A stretch of DNA of 64,000 nt, taken from NCBI GenBank assembly GCA_034530615.2, contig JAVRCV020000055.1, positions 1 to 64,000 of the forward strand. The letters run 5' to 3'. Below are positions 31,801-41,467 of the stretch, piece after piece; within the stretch, counting starts at the first letter, position 1, and each line of letters starts with the position of its first letter. The stretch is from Aulosira sp. ZfuVER01. Lineage in GTDB: Bacteria; Cyanobacteriota; Cyanobacteriia; Cyanobacteriales; Nostocaceae. A model generated the notes under the pieces. It had not been told where the DNA came from. It worked only from the letters and a program-made list of their open reading frames with translations, and searched no databases. The translations under genes and the position numbers were made by a program.

Positions 31801-34080
31801 GCAATTACTCAACGCCTGAAGCGTCCGATTGATCCGCCGAATTTCTGTTTCTGTGCGTTTATATTCTGTAATGTCTCGCGTAATTGCCAACTGCACAATT
31901 GCACCATCTGCTTCGTAACGCAGAGGTACAGCGTGAGTTTCCATCCACCGCCGATGACCTTGGCAGCTAAAAATCTCGAACTGTATACTGCCCTTATTAC
32001 CCTCACAAATACTGGCATGGAATTGGCGAAATGCTTCTCGATATTCCGGTACAATCATCGGATAAACCGACTGGCCAATTACCGCTGCGCTACTATCTGC
32101 CTCTAGGATGGAAACACCTGCTGGGTTGATTTCTAACACAGTACCATCGGCTGCCAGCAGTTTGACACATTCTGGCTCGGCATCAAAAATAGCACGCCAG
32201 CGATTTTGTTGTTCCGTTACTCCAGTTTTGTGGCTATTAGTCACGCGCCGCAACAATTTAATTCGCTCTAAGCGATTAATAATTCGGGTAACGAGTTCTG
32301 GCCCGACGATGGGCTTACTAACAAAGTCATCTGCACCAACACTAAATACCTGGTTGACAATTTCGGCATCACTATGAACTGTGAGAAACAAAATCGGCAA
32401 TTCACTCCAACGGGGATCGTTGCGTACTACTTTGCACAGTTCAATCCCATTGGTATAAGGCATTTCCACATCGAGAATTAGCAAATCTGGAGACACTGCT
32501 TCCAAGGTTGACCAAAACTGTCGCGGATCTTCTAGCGCAATCACTTTCAGCCCCCAAGGACTGAGTAAAGTTTGTAACAATGCCAAAATTTGCGGATCGT
32601 CGTCCACAGCTAATATCTTGGCTTCCGCATGGGGAGCTTGTTCCAGTACTTGGGTAATTGCCTCTAACACCTGTTTAGTAGGCATCGGCTTTTGCAAAAA
32701 GGTGTGTCCGCCGTTACGAGCTAGTTGCAAGCGATTAGTAAAATCGCTCTGCTCAGTCACAACTAACACTGGTATGGGAGGTTGATTTTGCGATAGTTCT
32801 GCCAGTAAACTCAAACTTTCCTCTTGATTAAGTGAAAAGCTGGGGTCAAGCAGCACTACGCTGGGATGCTCTCGGTAGATTATATGGCGCGCATTTTCAA
32901 TACTGGTAGCAAGTGCAACTTTTATCTTGCTGTTAGCAGATTCTTGTTGGAGATTTTCCGCTAAGGTACGATTGCGATCGATTACCAAGACTAAGGGAAT
33001 TTCTTCAGATGTGGGTGGCGGTGGTGTTGATTCATCTTGTTTGTTCTGAATTTCTTGACGTAATTGCTTCACCCAATTTTGCAATTTGCCAATCTCTGAT
33101 GGGGTTAAGGTTTTTTCAGATTTCAGCAGTTGCTCAATTTTACGTGCTAGTTTCGAGCCTAGAGGCAAGCCAAATGTACCTAACGATCCTGCCAAGGTGT
33201 GAGCTTCTTGGGCTGCTTGTAAACGCAATTCTGAATTTAAATTCTGTCCCGAAGCGGCTGCTTGCTCCAGCACCTGTAGCTGGGCGTCAACTCGTCCTTG
33301 AAATCGCTGCCAAATTCCGGCGACTGCTGCAAGTGTTTGTTGCTGTGACTTGTGATTTGCGGATTTTGTGCGGTCTAGTTCTGCTTTATTTCCCTGCTCC
33401 TCTGTTGCTTGTGGTTTTAGCCGATAGCCAATACCATAGACTGTTTCGATCGCATCGCTGGGCGCTCCCACATTGCGGAGCTTCATACGCAAGCCTTTGA
33501 TATGAGTGCGAACGGCTTCTTCACCGGGGGTATCATCATAAGACCAGAGATGTTCCAAAATCATGCCGCAACTAAATACCCGGCGACTATTGCGCAAGAA
33601 AAGTTCTAATAGGGCGTATTCTTTGGGGGTTAATGAAAGTAAATCTCGATTGTAGGTAACTTCACAGCTACTAGGATCGAGGTGTAAATTACCCCACTCT
33701 AATACAGGTTGCGATGTTTTCCCACCCCGACGTAATAAAGCCCGTACACGAGCTACTAACTCTTCTTCGTCAAAGGGTTTTACTACATAGTCATCTGCAC
33801 CTGCATCTAACCCAATTGCCTTTTCGTGACTGCTATCACATCCTGTTAATAACAGCACGGGCATTTGCAAACCACGGGAACGTATGTGACGACAAAGACT
33901 GATGCCATCTAGCTTAGGCAGCTTGACATCCAGCATGATTAAATCATAGTCGTAAGTTTCAATTAAATCCTTGCCAGCTATGCCATCAGTCGCAACTTCG
34001 ATCGCATAGTTTTGGTTAGTGAGAATTTCGCTGAGTACCTCTGCAAGTAACTCGTCATCCTCTACAACTAAAATCTTCAT
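28846..34080 (-). CDS. RcaC-like regulator (REC-wHTH-Hpt-REC-REC) fused to PAS-GAF-PAS-PAS histidine kinase with two C-terminal REC domains
   Basis: MKILVVEDD, LTPKEY...IETVYGIGYRL (OmpR wHTH), AHTLAGSLGTFG (Hpt), SHELRTPL, NLLSNAIKF, GTGLGL. Confidence 0.92.
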   Translation of the reverse strand: MKILVVEDDELLAEVLSEILTNQNYAIEVATDGIAGKDLIETYDYDLIMLDVKLPKLDGISLCRHIRSRGLQMPVLLLTGCDSSHEKAIGLDAGADDYVVKPFDEEELVARVRALLRRGGKTSQPVLEWGNLHLDPSSCEVTYNRDLLSLTPKEYALLELFLRNSRRVFSCGMILEHLWSYDDTPGEEAVRTHIKGLRMKLRNVGAPSDAIETVYGIGYRLKPQATEEQGNKAELDRTKSANHKSQQQTLAAVAGIWQRFQGRVDAQLQVLEQAAASGQNLNSELRLQAAQEAHTLAGSLGTFGLPLGSKLARKIEQLLKSEKTLTPSEIGKLQNWVKQLRQEIQNKQDESTPPPPTSEEIPLVLVIDRNRTLAENLQQESANSKIKVALATSIENARHIIYREHPSVVLLDPSFSLNQEESLSLLAELSQNQPPIPVLVVTEQSDFTNRLQLARNGGHTFLQKPMPTKQVLEAITQVLEQAPHAEAKILAVDDDPQILALLQTLLSPWGLKVIALEDPRQFWSTLEAVSPDLLILDVEMPYTNGIELCKVVRNDPRWSELPILFLTVHSDAEIVNQVFSVGADDFVSKPIVGPELVTRIINRLERIKLLRRVTNSHKTGVTEQQNRWRAIFDAEPECVKLLAADGTVLEINPAGVSILEADSSAAVIGQSVYPMIVPEYREAFRQFHASICEGNKGSIQFEIFSCQGHRRWMETHAVPLRYEADGAIVQLAITRDITEYKRTETEIRRINRTLQALSNCSQVLVRAKEELDLLQRICQMIVEVGGYCLAWVGFAEHDAQKTIRPVAQAGYEDGYLQSLNLTWADTINGRGPSGTAIRTGQTCIIQNILTDPNYEIWRCQAIKQGYAASIALPLSDDGQVFGALNIYATEPEAFDADEVELLEALAADLAYGIMALRNQRDRQLAQTALQQSQQSYQQLVELCPEAIFIESHGNFVFVNSAAVRLFAATEPAELLGKNILDFVHPDSHQAIRAKFRLLKELKRPVTLHEEQFIRLDGTAIALEIAAAAFTYQGQPAAQFIARDITTRKQTEALLYKANSELELRVAERTAELISLNRKLLSELNERQRIQEQLRISQAKFARILDIADDAIISIDTAQKITLFNQGAEKIFGYSAEEAIGQPLDLLLPSRFSQAHRHHVVDFGQSSSLARRMGERREIFGRRQDGTEFPAEASISKVDTGEEFYYTVILRDITERKQIERMKDEFVSVVSHELRTPLTSIHGSLGMLASGLLPAESEQGKRLLQIATDSTDRLVRLINDILDIERIESGRVKMERETCNVADLIESAVNIMQPLADKAKVKLSIASLPVELWVDPDRIVQTLTNLLSNAIKFSTAGQTVWLVTAQQGNELVFTIKDTGRGIPTDKLDSIFERFQQVDSSDSRNHDGTGLGLAICKSIVQQHGGRIWVESTVNEGSTFYFALPVLRSPQAVELALTTQPRQWRQVSKRASQNNGFSELRTEPSPLVLVCDDDPVISRELQTLLETGGYRVLTVATGQDAIALAATQHPDVIVLDLLMPGMNGWETMAVLKEQAETKDIPIVICSVYKPSLNCQPSADFVDWVSKPVQESNLLHSLRQVVANSSKRFRILIVEDDDDLAQLLITLFERHGIETFLAQTGREAIHLSQEVNPDLLILDLILPESDGFSVVDWLQQHNRLCSTPVVVYSATDLDESERNRLKLGHTEFLTKGRVTTQEFEQRVMELLQRMTQNQQEGGSNENKANSSG

Positions 34081-34499
34081 ATCAAAAGCTTTCTTGAGAT
34101 CCGTGATTTTATAGATAACGAGCAAAAAAACTTCAATTTAAAATAAAAAATTTAATATTAATGTTTGGCTTAAACGAATATTAAAGGATAAATCTTCAAG
34201 GATTTGCTTTGAAGTAACAAATATCAACATTTATCAATCTCTATAAGATTGTCACTGTTGCCAGCAAGCGCCTGTATGTTTCTATCTTAAATTTTAGATA
34301 AATATATAAATTTTGACATTAGGAAACAAGAAAGCAGGAAAATTTTATCTTTGTTTGAGTATGATATGCGATCGCAAAATCCCTATTAATATAGGTAGTA
34401 TTTTACCGTATGGGAAGTGGGGAGCCTCTTACTCCCAGATAGAGAACAGGGAACAGTTTCCCTGTTCCCTTATCCATATTCATGCAAAAATCTACACAA

Positions 34500-35270
34500 C
34501 TATGCCGTTCTAGAGGCTTGTTGCTTCCGCTTCATCCACCACCCCAAAGCACCAGCAAGCGCGGTACCACCAAGGGTTAAGGGTTCGGGAACTGCTGATG
34601 ATTCGAGAGCGATGGAAGTCGTAATTGAGAAATTAGATTCTGTTGTGTGTCGTTCTGCAAAGAAGAGATTGAAATCATAGGTTTCTCCAGGTGTCAGACC
34701 TAGAGTATCAAGATTCACGCTTTGCTCCTCAGTTTGGTGTACTCCACCAAGATCTATAGCCAGTTTTTTATTCAAGAAAACCCACAGATCGTCATCCCCA
34801 CTAAATTTAAAGGTTTCTCCTCCTTTATAAGTAAACTTGGAAGCCAGCTCGTAGGTAAAGTGGTAGTTGTGGGAATTTCCCTGGTTGCCCAATAGCTGGC
34901 CGTCGATTGGGAAAAACGATTTATTACTATAAGTGTAAAGACCACTATTGCCAATTTCATCCAGCGTAATTGTATACGGCTTGCTGAGATTTACGCTTGG
35001 AACATCTCGATACCATTGGTCAAAGGCAGCTTGACCATGAGTTGTTGGGTTTCCTGCTTGTCCAGCATATACTGGCTTACCGTCTGCACCGAGCGTTGAT
35101 TGCACAATACCTTTATCAGTGCCAAGTTCCTTTTCAAAGTCTGGGTGGGTATCGTTAAAGTCTCGAATTGTTCCTGTCAAGTTGATTGTAGCTGCGCTGG
35201 CTGAGGAGGCAGTGAATATAACTATGATACCTGCACCCAAAGCTTTCAGTAATACAGCGGGTTTCATCAT
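34500..35270 (-). CDS. fibro-slime (PA14-like) domain PEP-CTERM protein
   Basis: signal peptide; IRDF..HPDFE, HNYHFT, FSGDDDLWVF, DLGGVH, FFAERHT; VPEP + TM + KRK tail. Confidence 0.92.
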   Translation of the reverse strand: MMKPAVLLKALGAGIIVIFTASSASAATINLTGTIRDFNDTHPDFEKELGTDKGIVQSTLGADGKPVYAGQAGNPTTHGQAAFDQWYRDVPSVNLSKPYTITLDEIGNSGLYTYSNKSFFPIDGQLLGNQGNSHNYHFTYELASKFTYKGGETFKFSGDDDLWVFLNKKLAIDLGGVHQTEEQSVNLDTLGLTPGETYDFNLFFAERHTTESNFSITTSIALESSAVPEPLTLGGTALAGALGWWMKRKQQASRTA

Positions 35271-35323
35271 GACTTACATTTCTCCAAAGTGGTAATTTTT
35301 GACAACAAGAATCAGGATTCTGG

Positions 35324-35509
35324 TAGCAGCTGGACAAAAATATCCTCAGACAAAAAATTACTGGCTGAAAAAAATGGACGCACAGTAATGAAACAGCAAG
35401 CATTTCCGAAGATGGTTTGCGGGGATCGACACACTGCCTCCGCAGAGTAACCTGAAAACTTAGGCTGAATATAAGTCCGCACAGAAAAATCTTGTCTATG
35501 TAGCTGCTA
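35324..35509 (-). promoter_or_regulatory. candidate structured 5' leader of the PEP-CTERM gene
   Basis: long-range inverted repeat TAGCAGCT..GACAA / TTGTC..AGCTGCTA enclosing internal hairpins, one followed by a U-run. Confidence 0.3.
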
Positions 35510-35946
35510 TTTGCGATCGCCAGATATGATTGCTGTATTGAGATACACCCTCATACGCATCTAAAATTAAGCAAAAATAGGACTTTAGTCCCTTGCTTTT
35601 AAGTGGTATACCTGAAACAGAATGAAAAATGCTTCAATGTATACACGTGATTTTACGGTAATGCTGTTGTATATTACTACATGAAATTATAGATAGTATG
35701 CCTGTTAAACAATAAAAAACAATTAATATACAATTTCTTCATGAAAAAAATACATAATTTTTTTCTACTTATAAAAGATTTAACAAAAGATTGATACTAT
35801 ATAAGGTTATAGCAATTTAAAAAATACGGGTTTCCAGCCTAAAGCATCTTACTTTGAGCAATGCCCACATATCGGGTTTTGGTGAGCATTGCCCAATCGA
35901 CATTAAAAGTTACAGAGCTTAATCTACCCAGTACGCAACTAAGTAT

Positions 35947-36549
35947 TCACTGCCAGATATAGAGCAGAACAAACAAAACAATCCAGATGACATCAACGAA
36001 GTGCCAGAACAACGAAGTTGCATTGACACCAAAATGACCAGAGTTGTAGTTACCGGGAATAAAGGAACGAATCAAAATAATCAGCTGTAACAAAATGCCG
36101 GTGAATACGTGCAAACCGTGGAAGCCTGTTAGCAGGTAGAACATCCCCCCAAACGTCCCGGAAGTGAAGCCAAAGGTGAGGCTATTCCATTCAATCGCCT
36201 GTCCTACTAAGAAGTAGCTACCCATAGCCATTGTAGCTAAGAGAAACAGACGGAATTTCATTAAGTCGTGGCGCTGGAGAGCGCGTTCTGCCAGGTAAAT
36301 CACAAAGCTACTGGAAACTAAAATCACAGTATTTATTGCAGGTTCCTTGATTTCTAATCCAGAAACACCAGCTGGTAGCCAGTTAGGAGTTGTGATTTTG
36401 TAGACAATATAACCAGCAAAAAAACTCAAAAAAATGACGCTTTCGGAAATTAGGAAGACAATAAAGCCAAACATCTTATTGCCTTCTTCGTCGTGGGTAT
36501 GTTCACCACCTGTGTGATGCAACTCCTCGGAAGAGAGATAACTATCCAT
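35947..36549 (-). CDS. coxC3: heme-copper oxidase subunit III (cox3/ARTO type)
   Basis: FLISESVIF, NTVILVSSS, TGFHGLHV, WHFVDVIW. Confidence 0.9.
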   Translation of the reverse strand: MDSYLSSEELHHTGGEHTHDEEGNKMFGFIVFLISESVIFLSFFAGYIVYKITTPNWLPAGVSGLEIKEPAINTVILVSSSFVIYLAERALQRHDLMKFRLFLLATMAMGSYFLVGQAIEWNSLTFGFTSGTFGGMFYLLTGFHGLHVFTGILLQLIILIRSFIPGNYNSGHFGVNATSLFWHFVDVIWIVLFVLLYIWQ

Positions 36550-36609
36550 TGCGTAAATTCTCCTTGACCTTGCGGAACAGGGTTAAGTGATAGGAAAGGG
36601 AAAGAATTA

Positions 36610-36777
36610 ATGAACCGCCCTTCGGGTTCAGCAGTGACGCTCCTGCTTCGCTAACGCAATCGACACAAGACGCCAAGACTGCGACTGCTTCACCAAGTAC
36701 GCCGAGTACGCCAAGAAAGAGAGGTACTAAATTAGACTTTGCGCCCCTTTGCGCTTACTCGGCGTCTCTCTGCGTTT
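36610..36777. repeat. cluster of short dispersed repeats between subunit I and III genes
   Basis: repeated ACGCCAAG/ACGCCGAG units with complementary CTCGGCGT; TGAACC...GGTTCA hairpin. Confidence 0.45.
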
Positions 36778-36783
36778 AAAAAC

Positions 36784-38442
36784 TTATTTCCTCTCAGCAA
36801 TTAACGGTTCCGACTTACCGTAACCATAGGGTTCGCTAATCACGATGGGAATTTCTTCAAAGTTCTCTACTGGGGGTGGTGAAGAAACCAACCATTCCAA
36901 CCCAATTGCCCGCCAAGGATTATCAGGTGCTTTCTCACCATGCATCCAGGAAACTACCATATTGAAAATGAAGGGCAAGGTAGACATTCCTAAAAGGAAG
37001 GAACCAAGACTAGCAATGATATTCCAGAATTCATACTCTGGGGCGTAGGAAGAAACACGACGTAGCATCCCTTGCAATCCTAAAGGATGCATGGGCAAAA
37101 AGTTGAGGTTAAGACCGATGAATGTCAACCAGAAGTGCAATTTGCCCCAGCCTTCGTAGTACATCCGACCAGTCATTTTGGGGAACCAGTGATAGAAGGC
37201 TGCATACAAGCCCATCGTCACCGTACCGAAGAGTACATAGTGGAAGTGTCCCACCACGAAATAGGTGTTGTTTACGTGAACATCAACAGGTACGGAGGAA
37301 AGCATGATCCCAACGATGCCTGCGAAGACGAACAAAATTAATGCACCGAGTGAGAATAGCATAGGTGTAGTTAGTCGCAACTTACCACCCCAAATTGTTG
37401 CTACCCAAGCAAACACCTTAATGCCAGTGGGTACAGATACCAACATTGTTGTTAACATGAACAGCATCCGCATCCAAGCAGGTGTACCGCTAACATACAA
37501 ATGGTGTACCCACACAATGGCGCTAACTACAGCAATCAAGATTGATGAAATAGCAACTACTTTGTAACCAAATAGAGGTTTACGGCTATAAACAGGGAAG
37601 ATTTCTGAGAATATGCCAAAAATAGGCAGAATAATCACATAAACAGCAGGGTGGGAATAGAACCAGAAGTAATGCTGGAACATAACTGGATTCCCGCCTT
37701 TGCTGGGGTCAAAAAAGGCAGTACCAGCAGTCAGGTCTAGTAGTAGCATGACTGCACCGGCTGTTAAGGCAGGTAGACCAAAGAGTTGAATAATTTGGGC
37801 GCTAAATACTGCCCAAACGAATAGGGGCATCCGGAAGAAGGTCATACCTGGCGCCCGCATCTTAACGATTGTGGTGACAAAGTTGACTGCCCCCATAATC
37901 GAGGAAACACCAGATATTGCTACTGCCAATAACCAGATGACTTGACCGTTAATCAAATGACCTGTGGGGTTTTGCAAACTAACTGGTGGATAAGCCCACC
38001 AACCTGCTTGGGCTGGGCCACCTGGAATGAAAAAACTACCCATCAAGAGAATCCCGACTACTGGCACCATCCAGAAGGCGACGGCGTTGAGGCGGGGAAA
38101 GGCCATATCTCGCGCCCCAATCATCAGAGGCACTAAATAGTTAGCAAAACCAACAAGTGAGGGGAATGTCCACAAAAACAGCATCACAGTGCCGTGCATG
38201 GTGAACATACCGTTGTACACAGTGCGGTCAATAAGGTCTGATTCGGGGGTAATAAGTTCGCCCCGAAGTACCATTGCAAAGATACCGCCAACGAGAAAGA
38301 AGATGAATGAGGTAACGAGGTACTGGATACCAATAACTTTATGGTCAGTGCTAAAGCTAAAGTATCGCTTCCAGTCGCCTGGGGATTCGTGGTGAGGCTG
38401 CCCACTAGGGAGACTGATGCCTTCAATAGGAATATTTGTCAT
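36784..38442 (-). CDS. coxA3: heme-copper oxidase subunit I
   Basis: DHKVIG, TMHGTVM, DMAFPRLN, WFYSHPAVY, WVHHL, GHFHYV. Confidence 0.95.
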   Translation of the reverse strand: MTNIPIEGISLPSGQPHHESPGDWKRYFSFSTDHKVIGIQYLVTSFIFFLVGGIFAMVLRGELITPESDLIDRTVYNGMFTMHGTVMLFLWTFPSLVGFANYLVPLMIGARDMAFPRLNAVAFWMVPVVGILLMGSFFIPGGPAQAGWWAYPPVSLQNPTGHLINGQVIWLLAVAISGVSSIMGAVNFVTTIVKMRAPGMTFFRMPLFVWAVFSAQIIQLFGLPALTAGAVMLLLDLTAGTAFFDPSKGGNPVMFQHYFWFYSHPAVYVIILPIFGIFSEIFPVYSRKPLFGYKVVAISSILIAVVSAIVWVHHLYVSGTPAWMRMLFMLTTMLVSVPTGIKVFAWVATIWGGKLRLTTPMLFSLGALILFVFAGIVGIMLSSVPVDVHVNNTYFVVGHFHYVLFGTVTMGLYAAFYHWFPKMTGRMYYEGWGKLHFWLTFIGLNLNFLPMHPLGLQGMLRRVSSYAPEYEFWNIIASLGSFLLGMSTLPFIFNMVVSWMHGEKAPDNPWRAIGLEWLVSSPPPVENFEEIPIVISEPYGYGKSEPLIAERK

Positions 38443-38456
38443 CGGTTAATTTCCTT

Positions 38457-39374
38457 TCAACCAGGATAGTTGACTAGAGGCGCAGACCCAGGTGCGACTG
38501 TAGTCCAACCAGTTTTGACTGACTGACTAGAGGCTTGGGCATACTCATAAGCTGCTTGATTTTCTGCGGGTGCAAGTTTGTGGGTTGCAGCTTGGGCTAG
38601 CCATTTGTGATAATCTTCAGGAGATTCAACTACCACATCTGCGTGCATGGTTGCAAAGTATGTGCCGCTATATTGAGAATCGGTCAGTTGGTATTTGCCA
38701 GGGCGAATGGGAGTAAACTCAAAGTCAATATTGTGGTTGGGAATGATGTCTTGCTTCAGTCGGAATGCGGGAACGTAGAAGCCGTGGAGGACATCTTCTG
38801 ATTTCAAATTCAAACGCACGCGGCGATCGCTTGGCAGGTGCAGTTCGCTACTGCTAACATCTCTTTCTGGGTAGTGGAAGACCCATGCCCACTGTTTGGC
38901 AACCACGTCAATGTTTTCGACAGGGAATGCCGCCTTGTCCTCCATCGGTGCGGCATAAGCCGATTCCATTCCCATCGGATTATGCAAGTGTACCAGTTCC
39001 ATCGGGCCTTGAATGCCCATTTTTTCGTAGATTTGGTAACTGTAACCTGCAATCCAAAATACTAACAGGATGGGGATAGCTGTCCAAACAACTTCTAGGG
39101 TTAAATTACCCTCGATAGCAGGGCCATCGCTCAAATCACCCTTAACTGCCCGATGGAAAATTATCGAATACATGAGAGTGCTAGTCACTCCCAGAAAGAT
39201 GAATGCACCTAGGGTTACCAAGAAGCTGATTAAATCATCAATGAGGAGAGATTCAGCCGCCGCTTGGGGAGGAAGCCAGGTATAAGCCTGCTTACCTACC
39301 CAGATACTAATAACAGTCACGGCGATCGCGCCTGTTATTAGTGTCAAAATATTTAAAATCTTCTGGAGTTTCAT
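38457..39374 (-). CDS. coxB3: heme-copper oxidase subunit II lacking CuA ligands (ARTO/cox3 type)
   Basis: LEVVWTAIP, QWAW, DVLHGF; canonical CxExCGxxHxxM replaced by DSQYSGTYFATM. Confidence 0.9.
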   Translation of the reverse strand: MKLQKILNILTLITGAIAVTVISIWVGKQAYTWLPPQAAAESLLIDDLISFLVTLGAFIFLGVTSTLMYSIIFHRAVKGDLSDGPAIEGNLTLEVVWTAIPILLVFWIAGYSYQIYEKMGIQGPMELVHLHNPMGMESAYAAPMEDKAAFPVENIDVVAKQWAWVFHYPERDVSSSELHLPSDRRVRLNLKSEDVLHGFYVPAFRLKQDIIPNHNIDFEFTPIRPGKYQLTDSQYSGTYFATMHADVVVESPEDYHKWLAQAATHKLAPAENQAAYEYAQASSQSVKTGWTTVAPGSAPLVNYPG

Positions 39375-39382
39375 GGTCAATA

Positions 39383-39424
39383 GTCATTGGTCATTGGTCA
39401 TTGGTCATTGGTCATTTGTCATTG
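39383..39424. repeat. heptamer STRR (GTCATTG)n
   Basis: about 6 tandem copies just upstream of coxB3. Confidence 0.9.
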
Positions 39425-39506
39425 GTTTTTAATCAATGGCAACTAACTACTACAGCAATCACGTAACAAAGCTTTCTTTACTTCTGCCTTCTGCCCTCTG
39501 CCTTAG

Positions 39507-40112
39507 TTACTTAAGCACTGTGTTCAGGTCTTCGCCCAATCGCAGCAAACTATCTGCGGTGTTGTGGACACCAAATTCGGCTGCTAGTTGTGCGCCTAAG
39601 GTGCCGTGGAGGTATAAGATAAACATGACGACTACACCTGTTAAGAGATAGCGCGATCGCACTTGTTTCTCTTCATCCCGACGGGTAACAAAGCGCTGGT
39701 ATCCTCTCCAGACAGTCATACCGATAATAATTGCTAGTAACATCACACCACCGACACCATGCCACAGCATCGTATCCATTGCTTGGAATCCCCAAGCGCT
39801 TTTCACATCAGTTGGTGGCTGTGCAAGCATCATTTCGTAAAAGCCAGCTGCTACTGTGAAAAAGGTAATGGCAGATGCAGCTACCATGTTGTACCAGCCA
39901 ACATCAAAGAAGTTGTTACGTTCAACAGCGATCGCCAAAAATTTGAAGACCCATTTCTGGAAGGGGAACAACGCCCCAACGAAATCAAAGGTAATCCCAA
40001 TGATGAATAGACCTAGGGTGAGATGGACTAAGTTGGGATGAACAGGAATGCTGTAAGGTAAGCCGTTTGGCCCTAATTGTGTGCTTAATTGATTAATGAG
40101 TTCTGAGTTCAT
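39507..40112 (-). CDS. DUF2231 membrane protein (second ORF of cox3 operon)
   Basis: HPNLVHLTLG motif, 4 TM helices, operon position. Confidence 0.8.
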   Translation of the reverse strand: MNSELINQLSTQLGPNGLPYSIPVHPNLVHLTLGLFIIGITFDFVGALFPFQKWVFKFLAIAVERNNFFDVGWYNMVAASAITFFTVAAGFYEMMLAQPPTDVKSAWGFQAMDTMLWHGVGGVMLLAIIIGMTVWRGYQRFVTRRDEEKQVRSRYLLTGVVVMFILYLHGTLGAQLAAEFGVHNTADSLLRLGEDLNTVLK

Positions 40113-40609
40113 GGCAAGATACCGTCTCTGAGTGCTTCAACAACTGGTACTGTGTGCAATCCATATACCCAAACCAATTGATCTCCGAGGTATACTTGCA
40201 AGCCAACTATTACTGTCAAAATTAGCCCTGCGCCCAGATAATAAATCGTAATTCTCTGGGGGTCGCGGGCACGAATGACATAACGCCAAGCTGTAACCGC
40301 TGCAATGATTCCTGACAACGACCAGCCAATAAGTGTATGCGTATTCAGCACTGATTTGGCTGCTTCGTAAGGCTGTGCTAAACCTGCTTCAAATTGTCCA
40401 AAAATGATGGCAACAAAGATGGAAATGGTCGCAATGAACATATTCCACCAACTAACCTCAAATAGCCGGAAGTTGCGAGTAAAATAGCCAATTACATCAC
40501 AGCAAAAGGCAAACAACACCATCGCAATTACGAAGTGAACAACGATGGGATGTAACGTATCTGGATAGGGTAGATTGTGATCGTTCAAATTTGTCAAATA
40601 CTCAAACAC
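40109..40609 (-). CDS. DUF2231 membrane protein (first ORF of cox3 operon)
   Basis: HPIVVHFVIA motif, LGDQLVWVYG, 4-bp overlap with next gene. Confidence 0.8.
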   Translation of the reverse strand: MFEYLTNLNDHNLPYPDTLHPIVVHFVIAMVLFAFCCDVIGYFTRNFRLFEVSWWNMFIATISIFVAIIFGQFEAGLAQPYEAAKSVLNTHTLIGWSLSGIIAAVTAWRYVIRARDPQRITIYYLGAGLILTVIVGLQVYLGDQLVWVYGLHTVPVVEALRDGILP

Positions 40610-41374
40610 GGTATTCTCCTAGGCATATCTGCTTTACCTCAAACAAACTTCTATGATTGACACCCAAGAGACTTCACCACAAATTCTCTACCCATTACCG
40701 GAATATATAACTACATATATTTGGGGCGATATCCGGTTGTTTAAATAATAGGTTCGTGGTAGAGGAATTGAGCGATTGAGTTCAATCTTTAGTGAAGGAT
40801 TTTAGTTTCGATTCATTGGTTCATAAGGAAATTCTGAGATAACGACTCTTACTGTTGACCAAAGAAAATCGCCGTTTTCTCTTTGATTAGTTAAACCTAT
40901 CTTTTAGCTTAAGGATTTTTTTATCAGTTGTCAAAAGAGTCCAAATAAAAAAAGTTGGGAGTATTTTTTTTATCAAAAAAGTGTTTCTTGATATGTATCG
41001 CAGTTAGCAGCTTTAAAAAACTTAAATGTAACAAGAAAAATTTTAGTTAATTTGCTGACAATTTAAGATTATTGATTTGTTGTTTAAAGTACAAAAATTT
41101 TAATTTTTTGTTATTTATTCAAATTAATTCGCTTCAACGCAGAATAAGTATATCTTGATGATCGCTATGGCAAAATCCCTCAAATTTAGGATTATTCAAG
41201 GTTTTATGCTGCAAACTGAAGATTTATTAATAAATGCTTTTAATATTCATAGTAATCTGTAGAGCAATAATATATCCTGCAATAGGATTATTTAGCAATA
41301 AATCAATGAATAGAAATTTTGAAGGTAATTCCTAAAATCGGTGGTGCAAAGGAATTGCGTAGATGCGCAGCGGT

Positions 41375-41441
41375 GAGGCAGTGCGTTGGACGGGTTCCCC
41401 GACTTGTTCGCTGAAAGCGTTCCCGAAGGGTAGCAACTGCC
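41375..41441. repeat. SDR5-like dispersed repeat with nested insert
   Basis: GGCAGTGCG...GGGTTCCCCGACTTG...GCAACTGCC; related to 53247-53371. Confidence 0.55.
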
Positions 41442-41467
41442 GATTTTCAATGTGGAAGAATACTACA

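Noticed and set aside
39383..39424. Tandem repeats here and at 7382, 44130, 53403, 55655 as possible CRISPR arrays
   Set aside because: 7-9 bp units without spacers; ordinary STRR repeats
41078..41093. NtcA-like site TGT-N10-ACA upstream of the cox3 operon
   Set aside because: Only one half matches GTA/TAC, no correctly spaced -10 box, very AT-rich context
41442..41467. GATTTTCAATGTGGAAG as the 3' end of a fourth CRISPR repeat
   Set aside because: Only 9 nt from R1 and lacks the hairpin half
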